From an uncultured Methanosarcinales archaeon (GTDB lineage: Archaea; Nanobdellota; Nanobdellia; Woesearchaeales; ARS49): a stretch of DNA of 64,000 bases. Made by a program: the position numbers and the translations under genes. The notes beneath the pieces were generated by a model that searched no databases, was not told the DNA's origin, and saw only the letters and a list, made by a program, of their open reading frames with translations. Position 1 is the first letter of the stretch; the number at the start of each line of letters is the position of its first letter. The stretch spans positions 10,738 to 74,737 of the forward strand of contig CAYHOF010000002.1 of NCBI GenBank assembly GCA_964358315.1, written 5' to 3'. Below, piece after piece: positions 36,385-45,375 of this stretch.

Positions 36385-36837
36385 ATGAAACAATTCACAT
36401 CAAGCTGGAAGGCAAGCAACAAGCCGAACAAGCAGCGCCTGTACGTGTACAGCGCGCCCTTGCACGTCAAGAGCGCGATGCTCGCCGCCCACCTCTCGAA
36501 GGAGCTGCGCGAGAAGCTCAAGAAGCGCTCGATGCGCGTGCGTGTCGGTGACAAGGTCGTCGTCATGAACGGCGAGCACCACAAGAAGAACGGCAAGATC
36601 GAGAGCGTCGATTTGCAGGCGCAGCGCGTGTACATCGCCGGTATCGAACAGGTGCGCAAGGACGGCGGCAAGTCGCTCATCCCCTTCCACCCGAGCAATC
36701 TCGTCATCACCGAGATGGTGAGCGACAAGATGCGCACGAAATCCCGATCACAAAAAGCGCCGGCCGCCAAGGAGACGAAGGCGCCCAAGGCCAAACCAGC
36801 ACTGAAGGAAACCAAGAAAGGGAAGGAATCACAATGA
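36385..36837 (+). CDS. rpl24: Ribosomal protein uL24 (KOW domain).
   Basis: L24 pattern. Confidence 0.85.
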   Translation: MKQFTSSWKASNKPNKQRLYVYSAPLHVKSAMLAAHLSKELREKLKKRSMRVRVGDKVVVMNGEHHKKNGKIESVDLQAQRVYIAGIEQVRKDGGKSLIPFHPSNLVITEMVSDKMRTKSRSQKAPAAKETKAPKAKPALKETKKGKESQ

Positions 36838-37508
36838 GCAGTTACCTCAAGAGATACGCGGCACCGCGCAGCTGGACGCTGCTGCGCAAGGAGACCAAGT
36901 ACGTCATGAAGTCCTCGCCTGGCGCGCACGCGATGGAACACAGCATGCCGATTGGCATGCTGCTCAAGTCGCTGGGCCATGCGTCCACGACCAAGGAAGC
37001 AGGACTCATCATGCGCAACAGCAACGTGCTCATCGACGGTCGCCGCATCAAGGACCACAAGTTCGCGCTCGGCCTCATGGACACCGTCACGCTCAAGGAA
37101 TCAGGCGAGCACTACCGCGTCGTCATCGACGACAAGGCGCGCATCATGCTCGCGAAGATCAGCGGCAAGGACGCCGCGAGCAAGGCATGCCGCGTGCTCG
37201 GCAAGACAGTCATCAAGGGCGGCAAGCTGCAGCTCAACCTCAGCGGCGGTCGCTGCGTCATCACGGATAAGAAAGATTTGTCAGTCGGCGACACCGTCAT
37301 GCTCTCGCTGCCTGACCAGAAGATCACCAGCACGCTCAAACTCGAGAAAGACGCCACCATCCTGCTCACCGCAGGGCGCCATGCCGGCACGATCGGCACC
37401 GTCGAGGACATCACGGAGGAGCGCATCCGCTACGCCACCAAGGACGGCAGCGAGCAGACGCTCACGGACTACGCGTTCGTCATTCCGGAAGGCATGATCA
37501 CACAATGA
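36834..37508 (+). CDS. rps4e: Ribosomal protein eS4.
   Basis: S4e pattern. Confidence 0.9.
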   Translation: MSSYLKRYAAPRSWTLLRKETKYVMKSSPGAHAMEHSMPIGMLLKSLGHASTTKEAGLIMRNSNVLIDGRRIKDHKFALGLMDTVTLKESGEHYRVVIDDKARIMLAKISGKDAASKACRVLGKTVIKGGKLQLNLSGGRCVITDKKDLSVGDTVMLSLPDQKITSTLKLEKDATILLTAGRHAGTIGTVEDITEERIRYATKDGSEQTLTDYAFVIPEGMITQ

Positions 37509-38026
37509 ACCCGATGCAACAGTTGCGGATCGAGAAGCTCACGCTGAACATCGGCGCGGGCAAGGACCAGGCAGTGCTCGAGAAAGGCATGACTGTCATC
37601 AAGAGCATCACCGGCATCGAGCCGCAGAAGAGGATCACACAGAAACGCATCCCGTCATGGGGACTGCGCCCGGGCCTCCCTGTCGGCGTGCGCCTCACCC
37701 TGCGCGGCAAGAAAGCGGAGGAGATGCTGCGCCGCACGCTCAAGGCAAAAGAATTCAAGCTCCGTCCGACGCACTTCGACAACGCAGGCAGCGTGTCGTT
37801 CGGCGTGCCGGAACACATCGAGATCGAGGGCGCCAAGTACGACCCGAAGATCGGCGTCATGGGACTGCAAGTGTGCGTCACGCTCGAGAAGCCCGGCTTC
37901 CACGTCAAGCGCAGGCGCGTCCGCGCGTCGCCCGTGGGCAAAGCACACAGGATCTCGCGCGACCAGAGCATGGCGTTCATGAAGGAGAAGTTCGGCGTCA
38001 ATGTCGCTGAAGGTGAGGAAGCATGA
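37505..38026 (+). CDS. rpl5: Ribosomal protein uL5.
   Basis: L5 pattern. Confidence 0.9.
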   Translation: MNPMQQLRIEKLTLNIGAGKDQAVLEKGMTVIKSITGIEPQKRITQKRIPSWGLRPGLPVGVRLTLRGKKAEEMLRRTLKAKEFKLRPTHFDNAGSVSFGVPEHIEIEGAKYDPKIGVMGLQVCVTLEKPGFHVKRRRVRASPVGKAHRISRDQSMAFMKEKFGVNVAEGEEA

Positions 38027-38253
38027 CGAGCAAGGACTGGCGCAAGACGCTCAAACAACTCAAGGCAAAACCGACCGTGAGGCAGAAGTACATCAAGCAC
38101 AACTCACCGAACGAGCGCACGACCGGCACTGCGTTGCAGAAATGCCGCCGCTGCGGACAGACACGGGCCCACATCAGCAAGTACGGGCTGCACCTGTGCC
38201 GCCTGTGCTTCAAGGACATAGCACTGAGCATCGGTTTCAAGAAATACAATTAG
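38023..38253 (+). CDS. rps14: Ribosomal protein uS14 (zinc-binding type).
   Basis: It has CRRCGQTRAHISKYGLHLCRLCF. Confidence 0.85.
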   Translation: MTSKDWRKTLKQLKAKPTVRQKYIKHNSPNERTTGTALQKCRRCGQTRAHISKYGLHLCRLCFKDIALSIGFKKYN

Positions 38254-38262
38254 GAGAACACA

Positions 38263-38652
38263 ATGAACAACGACCCACTCGCGAACGCGATGTCAAAGAT
38301 CGTCAACTACGAGAAGATCGGACGCAACAGCGTCCAGGTCTACCCTGTCGGCGACCTTGCGAAGGGCGTCCTCGCGATCCTCAACAAGCACGGGTATGTC
38401 GGCACGCTCGAGGAACTGAAGACCACGCGCGGCACGGTCTGCACGCTCGCCTTGCTTGGCACGATCAACAGCGCAGGCGTCATCAAGCCGCGTTTCGCGG
38501 TCGGCACGGACAAGTTCGAGAGGTTCGAAAAGCGTTTCCTGCCTGCACAAGGCGTCGGCGTCATCATCATATCCACGTCCAAGGGCCTCATGACCCTGGA
38601 CGAGGCGCGCAAGGAGAATGTCGGAGGCAGGCTGATCGCCTACTGCTACTGA
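38263..38652 (+). CDS. rps8: Ribosomal protein uS8.
   Basis: S8 pattern. Confidence 0.9.
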   Translation: MNNDPLANAMSKIVNYEKIGRNSVQVYPVGDLAKGVLAILNKHGYVGTLEELKTTRGTVCTLALLGTINSAGVIKPRFAVGTDKFERFEKRFLPAQGVGVIIISTSKGLMTLDEARKENVGGRLIAYCY

Positions 38653-39194
38653 TGAAACAGACTCTCACGTACAACGTTGCCGTGCCTGAAGGCATCGACG
38701 TAGCCGTCAAGGGACGTGACGTCACGGTCAAGGGCAAGAACGGCGCCATCACGCGCCGCCTGCTCGAGCCCCGTGTCACGATCAACGTCGATGGCAAACA
38801 AGTCGTCATCCAGGCGCACAAGTCGACCAAGCGCGAGAAGATGTACATGGGCACGATCCAGGCCCACATCACCAACATGATCAAGGGCGTGCAGGAACCG
38901 TACCTGTACAGGCTCAAGGTGTGCGCAAGCCACTTCCCGATGAACGTCACCGTGGTCGGCAACGAGCTCGTGGTCAAGAACTTCCTCGGCGAGAAAGTGC
39001 CGCGCAAGATCGGCTTCGACGCCGACGTCAAGGTCAAGATCGCGGGCGACGTGATCGAGGTCACGGCGGCCGACATCGAACTCGCAGGACGCACCGCGTC
39101 CAAGTTCGAGGGGATCACGTTCATCAACAAGCGCGACCGCCGCATCTTCCAGGACGGCATCTATATCACGCACAAACCAGGAGTCGATGTATAA
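38652..39194 (+). CDS. rpl6: Ribosomal protein uL6.
   Basis: L6 pattern. The start is an internal ATG overlapping the rps8 stop. Confidence 0.85.
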   Translation: MKQTLTYNVAVPEGIDVAVKGRDVTVKGKNGAITRRLLEPRVTINVDGKQVVIQAHKSTKREKMYMGTIQAHITNMIKGVQEPYLYRLKVCASHFPMNVTVVGNELVVKNFLGEKVPRKIGFDADVKVKIAGDVIEVTAADIELAGRTASKFEGITFINKRDRRIFQDGIYITHKPGVDV

Positions 39195-39768
39195 TACCAT
39201 GGCAGACATGATCAAGCTCAGGAAGGAGATCAAGGACCGTAAGCCTACGTTCCGCCGCCAGATCTACAACCACAGGCCGAACTTGGCCACGACCGGCTGG
39301 CGCAAGCCCAAGGGCTTGCACAGCAAGATGCGGCACAAGAGCGCAGGCCATCAGGCATGCGTGAGCGTGGGTTGGGGCTCGCCTGTCGATGTCGAAGGCA
39401 TGCACCCGAGCGGGCTGTGGCCCATCATCGTCAACAACATGGCGCAGGTCGCGACCCTTGATGCCAAGACGCAGGGCGCGCTCATCGCAGCAGGCGTGGG
39501 CACCCGCGCACGCCTCGGCATCGTCGACGCGCTTGTCAAGAAGAACATCACCATCCTCAACATGAAGGAGCCCAAGAGCTTCGCCGCGACCGTCGCTGCC
39601 GGCATGAAGGCGCGCAAGGACGCAAAGGCGAAGAAAACGGCGCCCAAGGAAGAGAAGAAGCCGTCAAGCAAACCCGCCGCAAAACCCGAACCTGCCATGT
39701 CCGAGGAGGACAAGAAAGAGACGCAGCGCAGGGAAGCGGAGAAAGTCATGATCCAGAAGGAGCGATGA
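39187..39768 (+). CDS. rpl32e: Ribosomal protein eL32 with a Lys/Ala-rich C-terminal extension.
   Basis: L32e pattern. Confidence 0.8.
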   Translation: MYNTMADMIKLRKEIKDRKPTFRRQIYNHRPNLATTGWRKPKGLHSKMRHKSAGHQACVSVGWGSPVDVEGMHPSGLWPIIVNNMAQVATLDAKTQGALIAAGVGTRARLGIVDALVKKNITILNMKEPKSFAATVAAGMKARKDAKAKKTAPKEEKKPSSKPAAKPEPAMSEEDKKETQRREAEKVMIQKER

Positions 39769-39769
39769 A

Positions 39770-40210
39770 ATGATACAACGCAGACTCGCCGCAACCATCT
39801 TCAAGTGCTCGCCGCAGCGCGTGCGCTTCGATGAGACGCGCCTCGCGGACATCAAGGAAGCGATCACCAAGGCCGACGTGCGCGGCCTCATCAAGGAAGG
39901 AATCATCACACGCCTGCCGGTTCACGGCAACGCGAACACGCGCAAGAACGTGCGTGCCAAGCAGAACGCAAAGGGCCGCCGACGTGGCGCAGGCAGTCGT
40001 AAGGGCAAGGCCAACGCACGCATGCCGGAGAAGCAGGTGTGGATGGCACGCATCCGCGTCCAACGCGCGCTGCTCAACCGTCTCCGCGACCGTCAGAAGA
40101 TCGCGGACGACACCTTCCGTGACCTGTACATGAAGGCCAAGGGCGGCTTTTTCCGTAGCGAGAGGCACATCAAAGTCTATCTGGAGGAACAGAACCTGTT
40201 CACGAAGTGA
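39770..40210 (+). CDS. rpl19e: Ribosomal protein eL19.
   Basis: L19e pattern. Confidence 0.85.
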   Translation: MIQRRLAATIFKCSPQRVRFDETRLADIKEAITKADVRGLIKEGIITRLPVHGNANTRKNVRAKQNAKGRRRGAGSRKGKANARMPEKQVWMARIRVQRALLNRLRDRQKIADDTFRDLYMKAKGGFFRSERHIKVYLEEQNLFTK

Positions 40211-40791
40211 TCATCATGGCAACCAATCAACGTTACGTCGTCCCCTTCCGCCGCAAGCGCGAAGGACGCACAGACTACCACAAGCGGCTCAAGCTGCTCA
40301 GCGGCGACGCGCCCAGGTTCGTGATCCGCAAGTCATTGCACCACATGCGCGTGCAGCTCGTCGTGTACGAACCGATGGGCGACAAGGTCCTTGTGAGTGC
40401 GACGACCGAAGAGCTCGTCAAGAAGGGATACAAGGGCGCGACATGCAACGTTCCTGCCGCCTACTTGTGCGGCATGCTGCTCGCAATCAAGGCAAAGGAC
40501 AAGAAGATCGAGCGCGCAGTCGCTGACATCGGCCTCTCGACGCCGGTGCGCGGCTCGGTGCTCTTCGCCGCGGTCGCGGGCGCGCGCGCAGGCGGGCTTG
40601 ACGTGCCCACGGACGAGAAAGCGCTGCCTTCCGAGGACCGCCTCAAGGGCATGCACGTCGCGGCGTACGCGAAACTGCTCAAGAAAGACGATGCCCTGTA
40701 CAAGCGCACGTTCAGCGCGTACCTCAAGAACGGGCTGGCTCCTGAAGAGCTGCCCAAACATGTAGAAGAGATACAGAAAAAACTCAAGTGA
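40207..40791 (+). CDS. rpl18: Ribosomal protein uL18.
   Basis: L18 pattern. Confidence 0.85.
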   Translation: MIIMATNQRYVVPFRRKREGRTDYHKRLKLLSGDAPRFVIRKSLHHMRVQLVVYEPMGDKVLVSATTEELVKKGYKGATCNVPAAYLCGMLLAIKAKDKKIERAVADIGLSTPVRGSVLFAAVAGARAGGLDVPTDEKALPSEDRLKGMHVAAYAKLLKKDDALYKRTFSAYLKNGLAPEELPKHVEEIQKKLK

Positions 40792-41633
40792 TGACCATGA
40801 CTGAAGAAGAAATCACAACACCAATCGACGTGGAAGAGAAGCCGGTGCTCGAAGTGGTCAAGGACACGCTCACCGCGCTCCCTGACATCGAAGCGGCGCC
40901 CACGCCAGCAGAACTCAAGCCCAATTTCGACGTCGCGGCATGGACGCCAAAGACCGAGCTCGGCAGGAAGGTCAAGAGCGGCGAGATCACCACGATCGTG
41001 CAGGCGCTGCGCACAGGCGAGCGTATCATGGAAGCGCAGATCACGGACATCCTGTTGCCCAACATGGAGAGCGACATGCTCTGGATCGGCCAGTCCCGCG
41101 GTAAGTTCGGCGGCGGCGCACGCAGGCTCTTCAAGCAGACGCAGAAGAAGACGCCCGAAGGCAACAAGCCCTCGTTCGGCACGCTGGCCGTCATCGGCAA
41201 CCGTGACGGCATCGTCGGCCTCGGTTATGGCAAGAGCAAGGACACCGTGCCCTCACGCGAGAAGGCGTTGCGCAACGCGAAACTCAACGTGTTCATGATC
41301 AGGCGCGGCTCAGGCAGTTGGGAATCCAACACGACAGAACCGCACAGCATCCCCTTCACCATCGAAGGCAAGTGCGGATCGGTGCGCATCAAACTCATGC
41401 CCGCGCCCAAGGGCAAAGGCCTTGTCATCGAGCCCAACTGCGCGAAAGTGCTCGAGCTCGCAGGCATCAAGGACGTGTGGTCCAAGGCAAGCGGCCAGAC
41501 GCGCCGCACGCGCAACCTCGTCATGGCGCTCGAAGACGCGTTGCGCAAGCTCGCCGTTTTCAAAGTCTCACAGAAGTCACGTGACGCGACAGGCGTCATC
41601 GAAGGGCCCATCATCAAGGAGGCCGGACAATGA
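40788..41633 (+). CDS. rps5: Ribosomal protein uS5 with an N-terminal extension.
   Basis: S5 pattern. Confidence 0.85.
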   Translation: MMTMTEEEITTPIDVEEKPVLEVVKDTLTALPDIEAAPTPAELKPNFDVAAWTPKTELGRKVKSGEITTIVQALRTGERIMEAQITDILLPNMESDMLWIGQSRGKFGGGARRLFKQTQKKTPEGNKPSFGTLAVIGNRDGIVGLGYGKSKDTVPSREKALRNAKLNVFMIRRGSGSWESNTTEPHSIPFTIEGKCGSVRIKLMPAPKGKGLVIEPNCAKVLELAGIKDVWSKASGQTRRTRNLVMALEDALRKLAVFKVSQKSRDATGVIEGPIIKEAGQ

Positions 41634-41992
41634 GCGACAACATCGCGATCGTGCGCGTCCGCGCGCAGGTCCGCATGAGCGGCATGAACGAGGAGACGCT
41701 GCACTTGCTCAACGTGCCTGTGCCAAACTCCTGCGCCGTCATCAAGAACACGCCTGAGAAGATGAACATGGTCACGCGTGTCGCAGGCGTCCTCACCTGG
41801 GGCGAGCTCTCGGACGAGTCGCTCGCGCTGCTGCGCAAGAAGGCGAAGGACCCCAAGGCCACGCATTTCAGGCTCAACCCGCCCCGCAAGGGCTACAGCA
41901 AGAAGGGCTCGAAACTGCCCTTCGTCGTCGGCGGCGCGCTCGGATACCGCGGCGACAAGATCAACGATTTGATTCAACGCATGGTGGACTAA
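41630..41992 (+). CDS. rpl30: Ribosomal protein uL30.
   Basis: L30 pattern. Confidence 0.8.
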   Translation: MSDNIAIVRVRAQVRMSGMNEETLHLLNVPVPNSCAVIKNTPEKMNMVTRVAGVLTWGELSDESLALLRKKAKDPKATHFRLNPPRKGYSKKGSKLPFVVGGALGYRGDKINDLIQRMVD

Positions 41993-42424
41993 ATGGTCGT
42001 CAAGAAACAACGCAAGGTCATCCGCAAGCGCGGCTCGCGCCGTCACGGCTACGGTCGCGCGCACCGCGGTTCAGGCAACAAGGGAGGCTACGGTAACGCG
42101 AGTGGCGGCAAAAAGTCCGACACCAAGAAGCGCAGCTTCCCCGCAGGCTATTTCGGCAAGGAAGGATTCATCTCACACCAGAAAGTGGTGCACACCATCC
42201 TCAACTGCCGCGACCTTGACAGCCGCATCGAGCACTGGACGGTCCAGAAGCTCGCCAAAAAAGAAGGGGACACGTACCACATCGACCTCGGCACGCTTGG
42301 CTACGACAAACTCGTGGGCAGCGGGCAGATCACGCACAAGATCAAGGTCACTGTCGCCTTCGCGGCGAAGTCCGTCGCCGACAAGCTTAAGAATGCCGGC
42401 GGCGAACTCGTGGTACAGCAATAA
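41993..42424 (+). CDS. rpl15: Ribosomal protein uL15.
   Basis: L15 pattern. Confidence 0.85.
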   Translation: MVVKKQRKVIRKRGSRRHGYGRAHRGSGNKGGYGNASGGKKSDTKKRSFPAGYFGKEGFISHQKVVHTILNCRDLDSRIEHWTVQKLAKKEGDTYHIDLGTLGYDKLVGSGQITHKIKVTVAFAAKSVADKLKNAGGELVVQQ

Positions 42425-42427
42425 ACC

Positions 42428-43822
42428 ATGGGACTCTACGACACGATTCTCGCCAACCTGCCTGAAGTGGCGGGCCCGAGCCAGAAACGGCTGTCCTTCA
42501 GCGAAAAACTGAAGTGGACGATCATCACGCTGGTCCTCTTCTTCGTGCTCGGTCTCATCCCGCTCTTCGGCCTTGGCCAGAACGCGCTGCAACGCTTTGA
42601 GTTCCTCTCCATCATCCTGGGCGCGAGCTTCGGCAGCATCATCAGCCTCGGCATCGGGCCGCTCGTCACGTCCAGCATCGTGCTGCAACTGCTCAACGGC
42701 GCAGGCATCATCAAGTTCGATCTCACTACTTCAGAGGGCAAGCGCCGCTTCCAGGGCACGCAGAAGCTGCTGTCCGTGTTCTTCATCGTCTTCGAGGCGG
42801 CGATCTACGTGTTTATGTCCGGCCTCGCGCCAGACCCTGCGCTGCTCGCCGTGCCAGGACTCTATCGTCAGCTCGAACTGCTGCTCGTCTTCCAACTCTT
42901 CTGTGGCGGCATCCTCATCATGTTCATGGACGAAGTCATCTCCAAGTGGGGCTTCGGTTCCGGCATCTCGCTCTTCATCGCGGCAGGCGTGTCGCAGAGC
43001 GTCTTCATACGGGCGTTCTCACCCCTGCCCTCGCCGACCAATCCCGCGATAGCGACAGGCGCCATTCCTGCGCTCGTGCAAAGCCTTGGTGCAGGCGACC
43101 CGCAGACAGCGCTGCTCGAGTTCGCCGCGGTCGCTGCCACCGTCATCATCTTCGTCATCGCGGTCTACATCCAGGCCATGAAGGTCGAGATCCCGCTCTC
43201 GTTCGGCAGGGTGCGCGGGCATGGCATCCGCTGGCCGCTCCACTTCGTCTACACGTCCAACATCCCGGTCATCCTGGTCGCCGCGCTCATGGCCAACATC
43301 CAGCTCTGGGCGCAGCTGATGCAGAACTGGGGTTTTCCGCTCCTTGGCACGTTCAGCGGCGGCTCACCGACATCCGGCCTTGTCGCATGGCTCACGCCGC
43401 CGCCCGTCGTCGGCAACGCCATCCGTGGCAGTCTGCAGCTCTCGGACGTCGGCATCGCCGCAGTGTATCTTTTCGTGCTCGTCGTTGGCGCCGTCATCTT
43501 CTCGTGGTTCTGGGTGCAGACCGCGGGCATGGACGCGCGCAGCCAGGCCAAACAGATCATGGCAAGCGGCTTGCAGATCCCGGGCTTCCGACGCGATGAG
43601 CGCGTGCTCGAACGCCTGCTCGACCGTTACATCGGGCCGTTGACGGTCATGGGCGCCATCACTGTCGGCATCATCGCCGGGCTTGCCGACGTCTCAGGCG
43701 CGCTCACCAACGGCACAGGCCTCCTACTCACCGTCATGATCATCTACAAGCTCTATGAGGACATCGCACGCCAGCACCTCATGGACATGAACCCCATGAT
43801 GCGCAAATTCATGGGTGGCTGA
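42428..43822 (+). CDS. secY: Preprotein translocase SecY.
   Basis: It has 10 TM helices and the SecY signature. Confidence 0.9.
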   Translation: MGLYDTILANLPEVAGPSQKRLSFSEKLKWTIITLVLFFVLGLIPLFGLGQNALQRFEFLSIILGASFGSIISLGIGPLVTSSIVLQLLNGAGIIKFDLTTSEGKRRFQGTQKLLSVFFIVFEAAIYVFMSGLAPDPALLAVPGLYRQLELLLVFQLFCGGILIMFMDEVISKWGFGSGISLFIAAGVSQSVFIRAFSPLPSPTNPAIATGAIPALVQSLGAGDPQTALLEFAAVAATVIIFVIAVYIQAMKVEIPLSFGRVRGHGIRWPLHFVYTSNIPVILVAALMANIQLWAQLMQNWGFPLLGTFSGGSPTSGLVAWLTPPPVVGNAIRGSLQLSDVGIAAVYLFVLVVGAVIFSWFWVQTAGMDARSQAKQIMASGLQIPGFRRDERVLERLLDRYIGPLTVMGAITVGIIAGLADVSGALTNGTGLLLTVMIIYKLYEDIARQHLMDMNPMMRKFMGG

Positions 43823-43824
43823 GG

Positions 43825-44586
43825 ATGGCGTTTTTCGACTTCCTCAATCCCGCGCTCGACTTCTTGCTCGGCTGGTCGTTGTTGTTGCCGCCGTTCTGGG
43901 GCGTTTTGTTGTTGTCGTTCCTCATCTCGCTCATGATTGTGGTGGTCTACAAGTACACCACAGACCAGAACCTGATGAAGCAGCTCAAGGACGAGATGCA
44001 GGCGTTCCAGAAGCAGATGAAGGAACTGCGCGAGCATCCGGACCAGGCTATGGGGGTCCAGAAGCAGGCGATGGAGACCAACATGAAGTACATGATGCAA
44101 TCCTTCAAGAGCACCCTGTACACGCTCATTCCCATCCTGCTCATTTTCGGCTGGCTCAACACGCACTGGGCGTTCGCCGCCATCGCGCCAGGCCAGGAAT
44201 TCAGCGTCGAGCTCAAGTTCGACGAGAAAGCGCTTGGCACAATCACGACGTCCGCGCCAGAGGGGCTTGACGTGCTCAACGATCCCTCGCGCAACATCAC
44301 TGACGGCAGCGCCATCTTCACGTACAAAGGCGTGGACGGGACGTACATCATCGACTACGACTTCAACGGCAAGCCCTACACGGCCCGCGCGCTCGTCACA
44401 GACAGCAAGCGTTATGAGAACCCCATTCAGGTGTTCAAGGACGGCCCGGTACAGAGCATCAGCGTGGGCCTCAAGAAGCTCATCGTGCTCGACCTCTTCG
44501 GCTGGCAGCTCGGGTGGCTAGGCACCTACATCATCTGCTCGATCGTGTTCTCCATGGGCCTGCGCAAACTGTTCAAAGTCTACTGA
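43825..44586 (+). CDS. DUF106 / archaeal YidC-Oxa1-EMC3-like membrane insertase homolog with a C-terminal beta-rich extension.
   Basis: It has the typical 3-TM coiled-coil DUF106 core immediately after secY. No adk or cmk genes are present here. Confidence 0.65.
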   Translation: MAFFDFLNPALDFLLGWSLLLPPFWGVLLLSFLISLMIVVVYKYTTDQNLMKQLKDEMQAFQKQMKELREHPDQAMGVQKQAMETNMKYMMQSFKSTLYTLIPILLIFGWLNTHWAFAAIAPGQEFSVELKFDEKALGTITTSAPEGLDVLNDPSRNITDGSAIFTYKGVDGTYIIDYDFNGKPYTARALVTDSKRYENPIQVFKDGPVQSISVGLKKLIVLDLFGWQLGWLGTYIICSIVFSMGLRKLFKVY

Positions 44587-44707
44587 CGCTCCGTCGATAT
44601 CTTTTCCCTATTTATATACTGGAGTATCGAGGTGTTTATAAACGAAGTTGTTTAAAAGGGCTTTAAATTAGGTGAGATAGTACATCGACGGTAGGGGGTT
44701 AGTGGGA

Positions 44708-45286
44708 ATGGCTACCAAGCAGAGTACGAAGAGTGCAGTCACGGGTAGAAATATCCGGATCGTCAATATCGTGGTGAGCGCCTCGCTCGACCATGACATC
44801 CCGCTGGAGAAGATGGCCGCCACGCTCAGCAATACCGAGTACAACCCTGAACAATTCCCGGGCCTCGTCATCCGCATCAAGGAGCCCAAGACCAGCGCAC
44901 TCATCTTCTCGTCAGGCAAGATCGTCTGCACCGGCGCGCGCACGCTCGAAGAAGTCCGCGCCAGCATCCGCAAGATAATGAAGAGCCTTGAGAAGATCAA
45001 CGTCAAGATCAAGGCAGAGCCTGAGATCCACGTGCAGAACATCGTCGCAAGCGGCGCCGTTGGCATGGACCTCAACCTGAACTTCCTCGCCATGAAGCTG
45101 GACAACACGGAATACGAGCCCGAACAGTTCCCGGGCCTCGTGTACAAGATGCCCGAAGCCAAGGCGACGTTCCTGCTCTTCAGCAACGGCAAGGTCGTGT
45201 GCACAGGCACCAAGAGCGAAGAGCAGCTGCACCAGGTGCTCGACAAGCTCCAGGACACGCTCGTGAACGTGATGAAGAAGAAATAA
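44708..45286 (+). CDS. tbp: TATA-box binding protein.
   Basis: It has the two TBP direct repeats (QNIVASGAVGMDLNL). An AT-rich promoter region carries several TATA-like elements at 44611-44670, and an SD GGGGGT precedes the ATG. Confidence 0.9.
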   Translation: MATKQSTKSAVTGRNIRIVNIVVSASLDHDIPLEKMAATLSNTEYNPEQFPGLVIRIKEPKTSALIFSSGKIVCTGARTLEEVRASIRKIMKSLEKINVKIKAEPEIHVQNIVASGAVGMDLNLNFLAMKLDNTEYEPEQFPGLVYKMPEAKATFLLFSNGKVVCTGTKSEEQLHQVLDKLQDTLVNVMKKK

Positions 45287-45375
45287 TCCAATTCTTTTTT
45301 CTATCATTCCAGTCGATATAAGGTTTTTAATCGCGCCTGTCGTGCGGCACCCATCGCCCACAGCAACAAGACAGT

